Below, in pieces: positions 25,188-33,219 of a stretch of 39,224 bases of DNA (position 1 is the first letter of the stretch; each line of letters opens with the position of its first letter). The position numbers and the translations under genes are program-made. The notes below the pieces were generated by a model. That model was not told the DNA's origin, did not search any database, and saw nothing but the letters and a program-made list of their open reading frames with translations. The DNA is taken from NCBI GenBank assembly GCA_016287565.1, contig JAEFAM010000019.1, positions 1 to 39,224 of the forward strand, written 5' to 3'. Origin of the DNA: Clostridia bacterium. GTDB lineage: Bacteria; Bacillota; Clostridia; UBA1212; UBA1255.

Positions 25188-26147
25188 TTACTCCCCTTTT
25201 CTTTCCGGTTTGAACTCGCCGTTGATCTCGGCCAGGTCGTAGGGAGTGGCCTGATAAACGTAATAGTTAAGCCAGTTGGCGTACAGCAGATATGCGTGGG
25301 AACGCCACTGATGGTAGGGCTTTTTTGAGGGATCGTTGTCCGGGAAATAGTTTTCCGGTATGGCCGTGTCAAGGCCCTTGTCCCTGTCTCTTAAATATTC
25401 GAGCTTGAGCGTGTCCCTGTCGTACTCCAGGTGGCCCGTCATATATATCTGGCGCCTGTCGTGAGAGGCGCAGATGCACAGCCCCGCCCTGTCGGACATG
25501 GCCAGCACGTCAAGATCCGGGACTTTCAGCACGTCTTCCAGCTTCGTGCCGGTGTATCTGGAATGGGGCACGTAAAAAACGTCGTCGAACCCTCTCAGGA
25601 GCCTGGTGCGCCTGTTCAGCACGTAGTGCGGGTACACTCCGAACAGTTTTTTATCCAGATCGACTTTCGGCACGTCGTAGTGGTAGTACATGCCTGCCTG
25701 AGCCGCCCAGCAAATGTGGAGCGTGGTGGTCACGTGCTCCTTGGACCATTTCATCAGCCTGCACAGCTCGTTCCAGTATTTCACGTCCTCGAAATCCAGG
25801 TTCTCCACGGGAGCGCCTGTGATGATAAGGCCGTCGAAATTGGTATCTTTGATGTCGTCGAAGGTCTTGTAGAACGCTTCCATATGCCCGGCGGGAGCGT
25901 TTTTGGACTCGTAGGTGCCGGGATGGAGCAGGGTTATGTCTATCTGAAGCGGCGTGTTGGAGAGCATCCGCATGAGCTGAGTCTCTGTGACTACTTTAGT
26001 GGGCATAAGGTTCATTATGGCGATCTTAAGAGGTCTTATATCCTGCTTAAACGCCATGTCCTCGTCCATTACGAATACGTGTTCATTCCGGAGAATCTCT
26101 CTCGCCGGCAGATCGTTGGGGATTTTGATCGGCATTGACCGTCCCAC
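25188..26147 (-). CDS. metA: Homoserine O-acyltransferase MetA (homoserine O-succinyl/acetyltransferase)
   Basis: Starting at the internal ATG the sequence reads [23 protein letters not shown]...LKIAILNLMP...HICWAAQAG..., the canonical MetA/HTS family. GGAGGTGGGAC RBS. Confidence 0.9.
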   Translation of the reverse strand: MGRSMPIKIPNDLPAREILRNEHVFVMDEDMAFKQDIRPLKIAIMNLMPTKVVTETQLMRMLSNTPLQIDITLLHPGTYESKNAPAGHMEAFYKTFDDIKDTNFDGLIITGAPVENLDFEDVKYWNELCRLMKWSKEHVTTTLHICWAAQAGMYYHYDVPKVDLDKKLFGVYPHYVLNRRTRLLRGFDDVFYVPHSRYTGTKLEDVLKVPDLDVLAMSDRAGLCICASHDRRQIYMTGHLEYDRDTLKLEYLRDRDKGLDTAIPENYFPDNDPSKKPYHQWRSHAYLLYANWLNYYVYQATPYDLAEINGEFKPERKGE

Positions 26148-26168
26148 CTCCGTTTCGGTGTGATTTTA

Positions 26169-28298
26169 TCATTTACGGTCCATTAAATCAAGGATGGCGA
26201 AAACGTTGTCCGCGATAGCGGAGGGAGATATGAACATGCCGCCGTAATTGCCGGAAGCCGCGTTGTGGGTGTCCGGGAAGCAGCCGTCGAAGGCGCCCCG
26301 GGCGTAATCGTCATACGTGTCGGGAATGTTGTGGGGCATCCACTTTTCTTTCGTGTGATCTACCATCCACCTGGCGGCGGCCAGCGTTATGCCTCTGTGG
26401 TACCTGGTCCAGTCTATTTCCCGGTCTGTCTCGGCCCAGTTTATGCCTTCGGAGCATGAATGGGCGAATACGTTAAGCACTTCCCACTGCACGTGGTCTC
26501 TCACCCAGTTGGCGAAATACCAGTCGCTGGAGCACAGGCAGGGCTTGGTGTTGTAGAGCATGGGCTTCCCTTCCGGCTCCCACAGATGGGTGAAGGGCAG
26601 CAGCGTCCTGATCCAGTATATCGCCTTTTCCCTGTATTTACGCTCCCGGGTATATCTGTATGCCAGTTCGCAGGCAATGGCGGCGTGTCCGGCGGCAAAC
26701 AGGTTGGCGGCGTGCAGCGGTGTCTCCCAGAAGTCTCCCCCTTCGGGCCTTATATCTCCGTCGCAGGCGTCAACGGCTTTCAGCGCGGCTCTGGCGATCC
26801 TGTCCGCTTCTTCTTCGTACCCTTCGTATTTTTTCAGCGCGGCGGCAATATCCAGGAGCGATATGGCGGGCAGCATATTCATATCGAGGGCCGTGTCCTC
26901 CGCCAGGCCCATAGGCTCTGCGAACACCCGGGCGACCGTGAAGTCGTCTTTCCTGTAGTGCCTGCCGTCGGGCTCGAACCGGAACGTTCCGTCTTCCCGC
27001 TGGTCTTTTATGATGCCGTCCGCTCTGATTATGAGCCCGGAGGTCTTCTTCAATATCTCTTCCATTTCCGCTTCGGGAGTTTTGGGCACTTCGGCTGCTT
27101 TTGCGGCAGCAGCGGCAGCGGCGGTCCGGCCCGATCTTTCGTCGCATATCGCTATTTTTTCTTTCAATCCGGGGACTGAAGGATCCTCCGGGAACGCTTC
27201 CACGAACCGCCTCACGCAGCCGGGAACGCCGAATGAATAGGCGTTTCTTTGAGGATAGCCGAACCCTTTTTCATTGTCGAACAGGTTGGTGTTAAAATGG
27301 TACGCGATCTTTTTAAGCACGTTTTCGTAGGTTGCCCGGTCATCGATCCCCGGGATCTCAGGGAGTCCGGAACGTTTTACGTACTCCGCCATCCAGTCAG
27401 CGGAATTGCCCTTGCAGAGGGCAATGGTTGCGTCGATCCTGAACTGCTGGTCGAGATGCACTTCCATCGGGGGCTCGGCGTATATCTGGTTCTCGTCCTT
27501 GAGCCCTTCCGCCTGAGGCACCATAAGGCCCAGCAGCGAGTTGTCGTCGCGGTCAATAAAGTTGGGCACGGCGAACACGGGCTGAATTCCGTGGCTCCTG
27601 TAATTGAACCAGCGGGAAGCCCAGTTGTCCGGATCCCAGCTGATTCCGATAGCGTCGCCGTCGTGAGAAACGCACATGCAGGGAGCGGAAACTTTATTGA
27701 CGAAGGGGGCAAACTTCTCGGCCCAGGGATATTTGAACCAGTCGTTGCCGCTGGACCATTCCTTGCCCACCACCCAGTCGATGCCCGGAAATATGGCGTC
27801 GGTCTTTTCGGTGCCGAAGGACCCGCAGCCCACCTTCAGCCAGGGACCTCTAAGGTATCTGAGGTACATGTTTTCTCTGGCCCGGAGCCGCAGGCTGTAC
27901 CTGATCTCGGAGCTGTTTTTAAGGAGCGTCACCACCGCTTCTCCTTCCAGGACGGGCCCGGTGAAGGGATAATGCATCCAGGGCGCGAAGGAGGTGCCGT
28001 CAAGCAGCGACTGCACCACCATGGACTTCACCTGAAAGATCATATCGATCCCTTTCGGGCTTTCCACCATGGTATATTCTTCCGCTTCTATGCGCATGGG
28101 TATTTCCTGGTCTCTGACGAGGACTTCGCCTAAAAAGTCAAGCACGCCCATCAGCTTGCCTTCTGCCGTATATATCTCGCAGAAGCCCCAGCCGCTGAGC
28201 CTTTTAAACCACACAAGTCTGATCCTGCCGTTTTCCTGCACGGCAAATTCTCCGGAATAACTTGCCTTCCTGTACCTGGGAGTCATAATCGCTGCCAT
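26169..28298 (-). CDS. 709-aa cytoplasmic protein of unknown function. It has an N-terminal beta-sandwich-like region, a poly-Ala linker and a C-terminal (alpha/alpha)6-toroid-like region. It is a candidate intracellular glycoside hydrolase or lyase.
   Basis: No signal peptide. There is an A7 tract (RTAAAAAAAKAAE). C-terminal helices pair with aromatic/GH motifs (GDFWETPLHAANLFAAGHAAIACELAYRY). It lies immediately downstream of the ABC importer genes and has its own upstream terminator. Confidence 0.45.
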   Translation of the reverse strand: MAAIMTPRYRKASYSGEFAVQENGRIRLVWFKRLSGWGFCEIYTAEGKLMGVLDFLGEVLVRDQEIPMRIEAEEYTMVESPKGIDMIFQVKSMVVQSLLDGTSFAPWMHYPFTGPVLEGEAVVTLLKNSSEIRYSLRLRARENMYLRYLRGPWLKVGCGSFGTEKTDAIFPGIDWVVGKEWSSGNDWFKYPWAEKFAPFVNKVSAPCMCVSHDGDAIGISWDPDNWASRWFNYRSHGIQPVFAVPNFIDRDDNSLLGLMVPQAEGLKDENQIYAEPPMEVHLDQQFRIDATIALCKGNSADWMAEYVKRSGLPEIPGIDDRATYENVLKKIAYHFNTNLFDNEKGFGYPQRNAYSFGVPGCVRRFVEAFPEDPSVPGLKEKIAICDERSGRTAAAAAAAKAAEVPKTPEAEMEEILKKTSGLIIRADGIIKDQREDGTFRFEPDGRHYRKDDFTVARVFAEPMGLAEDTALDMNMLPAISLLDIAAALKKYEGYEEEADRIARAALKAVDACDGDIRPEGGDFWETPLHAANLFAAGHAAIACELAYRYTRERKYREKAIYWIRTLLPFTHLWEPEGKPMLYNTKPCLCSSDWYFANWVRDHVQWEVLNVFAHSCSEGINWAETDREIDWTRYHRGITLAAARWMVDHTKEKWMPHNIPDTYDDYARGAFDGCFPDTHNAASGNYGGMFISPSAIADNVFAILDLMDRK

Positions 28299-28342
28299 CG
28301 TAAGCCACCGGTCCTTTCGGTCTTGATAATGCTTTATATATA

Positions 28343-28372
28343 AAAAAATGGAACCCGCTGTATGCGGGTTCC
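28343..28372 (-). terminator. Rho-independent terminator after SBP gene 1
   Basis: The minus RNA reads GGAACCCGC-AUACA-GCGGGUUCC-AUUUUUUUAU, a 9-bp GC stem plus a U-tract, ~40 nt after the stop at 28412. Confidence 0.7.
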
Positions 28373-28411
28373 ATTATAATCAATTTGCTTCGCTCTTACA
28401 AGCTGTACGGA

Positions 28412-29737
28412 TCAGCCGATGGTCGCCCATTTCTGGTTGGCCTTGGTCTCGAGAGCGGCCATGCCGTCCTGAAGGCTCTGGGTACCGTTGAGAGCTCTGG
28501 AGAGCACGCTCTGGAGAGCGGACATGGAGAAGATGTCGGCGATCTCGGGAGGAAGCAGGCAGTTGAACTGGCCGACGGTAGCGGCGTCTTCAGCTCTGTA
28601 AACACAGGCATCCCAGTTCTTGTCGCTCCACTCGTCGTTCGGATGCTTCCAGAAATCTTCATCCTTCAGAGAGGAAAGCAGAGGTACGGAACCGCCGTCC
28701 TGTCCGTTGAACGCGACCTGTCCTTCAGCGGTGTAGAAGAAGAGAGCAAAGGCAGCGGCAGCGTCAGGGTTGCCGGTACGGTTGTAAACGCCCCATCCGG
28801 AAGAACCGGCACCGAAGGCAGGATGTTCGAACAGAGGCAGGTTGATCAGATCCCAGGTAACTTTCTTGGAATCGTAGGTCTTGGCTTCGCCCAGTATGGA
28901 AGGATAAACCAGATACTTGAATACGGGTTCCTTGCCGCCGAAGTCGCCGCCGATCATCAGGTCGATGTAGCCGAGCCTGCAGGCATCGAGAGCTTCGTCG
29001 AGAGCCTTAAGAGTATCGCCGGAAGTAACGTCGATCTTCTTGTCTTTAAGGCTGAACCAGTTTCCTCTTCCCTCGTAAGCTTCAAGGAAAGGAATGAACT
29101 GAGGAGCGTAAGGCAGATTCAGCTGGGCGCCGATGTAGTCGTCGTCGGTGATCTGCTCGCAGAGAGCAAGGAATTCCTGCCAGGTCCACTCAGGAACGAC
29201 CTGAGAAGAAAGGCCCTTCTGGTTGATCGCGTCTGCGTTGTAGATGAACAGGAGCTGGTTGAAGTCGCGGGCAACGTAGTAAAGGTGATTGTTGATCATG
29301 CCGGCGTCGAAGATACCGCTGTAAACGTCGCCGCGGTCGATCTCAAGAACTTCCATATAGTACTCGAGGGGCATAAGAGCGCTCTGAGTGATGGCGTAGT
29401 TGTAAGCAGACACTTCAGCAAAATAGAATACGTCGCCGATGTCGCCGCTGGAAATACGGGCGCTGGGATCGGTAGCGGCATAGTCTTTCTCGACTTTAAC
29501 GTTAGGATATTTCTTGTTAAAGGCTTCGATAAAGGCGTTGGCCGCGCCGCGGGCTTCCTCTGTGGTAGCGCCGCTGTAAGAAAACTTAATGGATCCGCCC
29601 TTTACTTCGAACTTTTCTCCCTGAGGAACAGGAGTGACGTAACCGCTCTGCTGAGGCTTGGTATTACAAGCAGCAAGGCTGAATACGGCTGCCAGCGCGA
29701 GAAGCAGGGTGATCAGCTTTATCGTGATTTTCTTCAT
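28412..29737 (-). CDS. ABC transporter substrate-binding lipoprotein (carbohydrate/family-1 SBP)
   Basis: 441 aa with the LALAAVFSLAAC lipobox and the SBP_bac_1 fold. GGAGG RBS. Confidence 0.85.
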   Translation of the reverse strand: MKKITIKLITLLLALAAVFSLAACNTKPQQSGYVTPVPQGEKFEVKGGSIKFSYSGATTEEARGAANAFIEAFNKKYPNVKVEKDYAATDPSARISSGDIGDVFYFAEVSAYNYAITQSALMPLEYYMEVLEIDRGDVYSGIFDAGMINNHLYYVARDFNQLLFIYNADAINQKGLSSQVVPEWTWQEFLALCEQITDDDYIGAQLNLPYAPQFIPFLEAYEGRGNWFSLKDKKIDVTSGDTLKALDEALDACRLGYIDLMIGGDFGGKEPVFKYLVYPSILGEAKTYDSKKVTWDLINLPLFEHPAFGAGSSGWGVYNRTGNPDAAAAFALFFYTAEGQVAFNGQDGGSVPLLSSLKDEDFWKHPNDEWSDKNWDACVYRAEDAATVGQFNCLLPPEIADIFSMSALQSVLSRALNGTQSLQDGMAALETKANQKWATIG

Positions 29738-29764
29738 CTGAGATACCTCCTTAGTTTGATATAT

Positions 29765-29792
29765 ATCTTACCACTTTTTTTATATTTGTCAA
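29765..29792 (-). promoter_or_regulatory. Internal promoter TTGACA-16-TAAGAT in the SBP2-SBP1 intergenic region
   Basis: The minus strand reads TTGACAaatataaaaaaagtggTAAGATatatatcaaactaaGGAGGtatctcagATG. It would give SBP1 independent expression. Confidence 0.45.
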
Positions 29793-29852
29793 CATCAAAT
29801 GTCGGCAAAGCACAATGAATTTTGGCCGGCGGATGGCGCGCGGCAGCGGACG

Positions 29853-31295
29853 TTACCAGTTGATATTGGTATTGTCCTGGATCTTCTGGAGCAGATCGTC
29901 CATGGAAACGTTTTCGGGATCCGCGGCATACTGCTTTATTGCCTCCCCTACGCTTTCTCCCAGCTCGCCTGCGGCGTCGATGACCATATGGGCCTCAAGC
30001 GTCGCGGGATAGTCGAAATTGTTGTAGAGGGAGAACACGGAGGTGTTCTTGCCGGATACGGGGTACTCTCTCCAGAAACGCTTGTTGTTGGCGGAGATGA
30101 GCGCCGGGACTCTGTATCCCGTGGTGCCTGCCAGAGCCACCGCGGCCTCGGGGACGAGCGCGTAAAGCGCCAGCTGCACCCTGATCTCGTTCTCCATAAG
30201 GACGTCGCTCTCGGTATAGTCTTCGGGATCGTATTCCCTGACTCTCACGGCCAGGCCCAGCGTCTTGACGCCGATGTTGAAGTAATAGGCGTTCTTATCG
30301 TCTTCGTCAGCGGCGAATCTCGGGAAATGGGCGAACTCCCAGGAGAAGGTCTCGTCCTTGAGCACGTCCAGCCAGTTCTGAAGATCCGCGTGGGATATTA
30401 CCGTGATGGCGGTGTTTTTAACGTCCTCTCCGGTCATCTCCACGGGAGTCTTGTCGTACACGTATCCGCCCGTGAGGAACTTCTCTGCAAATTCTTTCAG
30501 CCCGCCGGAGATCTTGGGATCCGTAAGGTTGAGGGCCGTCTCGCCGGTCTTCGCGTCAACGGTCTTGAACAGATCTCCCCCTTCGCTGAGGGCGAATGCT
30601 CCCCATACGGAGAAGTCGGTGAAGTCAAGGGCAATGGGTTTCTCCACACCGGTCTCTCTCAAGGCTTCGCAGTAGGCCAGCACGTCGTCCCAGGTCCACT
30701 TGTCGGAGGGAACGCTGAGTCCCGCCTCCCGGAAGAGATCCAGGTTGATGAGCACCGCTTTGTTCTCGTATTCGGTGGGGATCATATAAAGGCGGTTATT
30801 GTACAGGGCGTCTTTATATGCGGCGTTGAACAGGTCGGAGTCCGGATACAGCTTCTTGAACTGTCCGCTGGTAAATTCCACGAGTCCGGTGAGGTACGGA
30901 GAAAGGTCCATAACGTAACCTGCCTCCACGTATCTGGCCAGGCGGTCCGAATCAACCAGGAACACGTCTCCGATGGTGCCGTTCTCCACTCTCTCGTCGA
31001 GGGTGGCGAAATATTCATCGTAAGAAAGCTCGTTGTCGTTGTTCACTTCCACGCCGGGATACTGCATTACGTATTCCTGGATGAACATGAAGGCGGAAGT
31101 GTCGTTGTACGCGGTCCTGTAGGTGGACAGTGTAACGATGCCGCCCAGTTCTTTGGGAGAAGGCTTGGGAGTGCTGTAGGCTCCGGAATCGGGAGTCTTT
31201 TCAGCATCGTCCTTGCCGCCGCAGGCCGCCATGAAGGAGGCCAGAAGGGCAAGCACGAGGAAGAGGCAAACGTTTCTCAGAAATCTTTTTTTCAT
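29853..31295 (-). CDS. ABC transporter substrate-binding lipoprotein (second, paralogous carbohydrate SBP)
   Basis: 480 aa, with the LVLALLASFMAAC lipobox. It is 13 nt downstream of the permease gene. Confidence 0.85.
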   Translation of the reverse strand: MKKRFLRNVCLFLVLALLASFMAACGGKDDAEKTPDSGAYSTPKPSPKELGGIVTLSTYRTAYNDTSAFMFIQEYVMQYPGVEVNNDNELSYDEYFATLDERVENGTIGDVFLVDSDRLARYVEAGYVMDLSPYLTGLVEFTSGQFKKLYPDSDLFNAAYKDALYNNRLYMIPTEYENKAVLINLDLFREAGLSVPSDKWTWDDVLAYCEALRETGVEKPIALDFTDFSVWGAFALSEGGDLFKTVDAKTGETALNLTDPKISGGLKEFAEKFLTGGYVYDKTPVEMTGEDVKNTAITVISHADLQNWLDVLKDETFSWEFAHFPRFAADEDDKNAYYFNIGVKTLGLAVRVREYDPEDYTESDVLMENEIRVQLALYALVPEAAVALAGTTGYRVPALISANNKRFWREYPVSGKNTSVFSLYNNFDYPATLEAHMVIDAAGELGESVGEAIKQYAADPENVSMDDLLQKIQDNTNINW

Positions 31296-31308
31296 ACCGC
31301 TCCCCTCC

Positions 31309-32325
31309 TTATTCGATAACGCCGATACGCTCGATACCGGCAGCCAGCTTCTTCTGTCCGATGATGAACACGATCAGTACGGGAAGCAGCACCAGCAGGC
31401 ATCCGGCAAACAGCGTGGGCTCGGTCATGGCCTTCTGGATAGGGCTGTCGCCTCCGCTGTCTCCGATCAGTTCCGCAAAGTATTGACGGATGTTCTGGAG
31501 CTTGGGCTGGAGGGTCATCATCTTGTCCTTGTACATATACATAGGCGCCTCGTAGTTGTCGTTCCAGTGCCACACGAAGGAGAAGATGAACACGATGGCG
31601 ATGGCGGAGCGTACCAGAGGAAGCATTATCTGGAGGAACACTCTGAATGGCCCGGCGCCGTCGATCCTGGCCGCGTCGTCCATGGCGTCAGGTATCCTCT
31701 GGAAGAAGTACATATAGATGAGGGCAAACAGACCGCCTCTTATGCCCAGACCGAATATGGTGGGCAGCAGCACGGGCATGAACGTGTTGATCATATGTAC
31801 CTTCGCCCACATATTGTACGTGGCGATGATCATGGTCTGGGGCGGGATCAGCAGGGCAAGTATAACGGTAAGGAACACTATCGATCTGCCCTTAAACCTG
31901 AATCTGCCCAGCGCGTAACCGATGATCGCGCAGGAGATCGCCTGGAGAATGGCGCTGCCGAAGGACGTGATGCAGGTGTTCAGGAAAGTGGACATGAATA
32001 TCTTGTCTCCCGACTCGCCTTTGAACATTCCGAAGTACGCCAGTCCTTTGAAGGCGTCAGAATAATTCTTCCAGTAGATGCTGGTGGGGATCCATTTGAC
32101 CGTGGGGTCCATATAGTCCTGGAAACTCATCATCGACGTGGTGAAGATGTAGATGAACGGCAGTATGAAAAGGTACGCCAGTTCGATGAGCACGAAGTAC
32201 AGGAACACGCGCCCGATGATGAATTTGATCTTTTTCTTGGCGCGGTAGCCGAGATTACGGTATTTGTCGATAAGGCCGCGCACGAATCCTGTTATTTTAC
32301 TGAATACCGCCGTCATCTTAACCAC
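31309..32325 (-). CDS. Carbohydrate ABC transporter permease (MalG/BPD_transp_1 type)
   Basis: 338 aa, 6 TM. It carries the EAA-like loop AARIDGAGPFRVFLQIMLP. Confidence 0.85.
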   Translation of the reverse strand: MVKMTAVFSKITGFVRGLIDKYRNLGYRAKKKIKFIIGRVFLYFVLIELAYLFILPFIYIFTTSMMSFQDYMDPTVKWIPTSIYWKNYSDAFKGLAYFGMFKGESGDKIFMSTFLNTCITSFGSAILQAISCAIIGYALGRFRFKGRSIVFLTVILALLIPPQTMIIATYNMWAKVHMINTFMPVLLPTIFGLGIRGGLFALIYMYFFQRIPDAMDDAARIDGAGPFRVFLQIMLPLVRSAIAIVFIFSFVWHWNDNYEAPMYMYKDKMMTLQPKLQNIRQYFAELIGDSGGDSPIQKAMTEPTLFAGCLLVLLPVLIVFIIGQKKLAAGIERIGVIE

Positions 32326-33206
32326 CTCTTTGTAAGCAGAATGAAGATAAGGATCACGAGCAGAGTCGCCAGCATATACATCCAGCTGAGGGCCGCGGCA
32401 ACGCCGAATTTGTTGCCCGCCGAGTTCAGCTGGGACAGCAGGCTCATGACCGGGTTCCTGGCGTCAACGAACGTATCCACCAGCGCGTAGATCGCGTTCA
32501 GGATAACGAAGGGTGAAACGTAAGGAAGCGTTACGTGCCAGAAGGACTCCCAGGCGGTGGCGCCGTCAAGTTCCACGACTTCGTAAAGGATCGCGGGCAC
32601 GCTCTGCAGGGCAGCCAGGAAGATCAGTATCTCTACGCTGCTGGCCCACATTATGGTTCCTATCTGCGATATTATCTCGTCTCCGAATATCCTGTACACG
32701 AATCCGAAGGAGCTCGAGGCCGTCAGGTTCGAGAACACGCTCAGAGTACCTACGTCGTCGCTGAACAGGTACGACATTATGACGCCTGCCAGGATGACGG
32801 GGATGAAGAATATCACGCGGAATATCGTACGGCCCGGGAACTGCTGCTTCAGGAGCACCGCCACGAACAGCGCGAAGGCGACCACGACGGGCACCTTGTA
32901 CAGCGAGGTGAGGAACGACTCGAACACCACTTCGCCGTAGGCAGGTTCCTTGACCACTTCAACGTAGTTGTCGAATCCCACGAAGGGGCTGTCGCCGCTG
33001 AATCCGAAGGCGTCGGTCAGTTTCGTTTCGAAGAAGCTGGCTCTGACCGAAAGGAAAAGAGGAAGCACCATCAGAAGCAGGAATCCGATTATCCACGGGA
33101 TCGAAAAGGCCCAGCCCTCGATAGAACGGCGGCGTTCGAACGAGCCGAACGTAATCGTGTTCTTGTGGGCAAGCTTTTTCTTGTATTTTACGGGTTTCTT
33201 TGCCAA
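32313..33206 (-). CDS. Carbohydrate ABC transporter permease (MalF/BPD_transp_1 type)
   Basis: 297 aa, 6 TM. It carries the EAA loop VELDGATAWESFWHVTLP. It overlaps the downstream permease by 13 nt. Confidence 0.85.
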   Translation of the reverse strand: MAKKPVKYKKKLAHKNTITFGSFERRRSIEGWAFSIPWIIGFLLLMVLPLFLSVRASFFETKLTDAFGFSGDSPFVGFDNYVEVVKEPAYGEVVFESFLTSLYKVPVVVAFALFVAVLLKQQFPGRTIFRVIFFIPVILAGVIMSYLFSDDVGTLSVFSNLTASSSFGFVYRIFGDEIISQIGTIMWASSVEILIFLAALQSVPAILYEVVELDGATAWESFWHVTLPYVSPFVILNAIYALVDTFVDARNPVMSLLSQLNSAGNKFGVAAALSWMYMLATLLVILIFILLTKRWLR

Positions 33207-33219
33207 CTTGGATCCCCCC

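Noticed and set aside
29800-29852. A GC-rich near-palindromic tract (GCCGCGCGCC...GCCGGCC) after the SBP2 stop, as a terminator
   Set aside because: I could not form a convincing contiguous stem followed by a U-tract. The internal promoter downstream is better supported.
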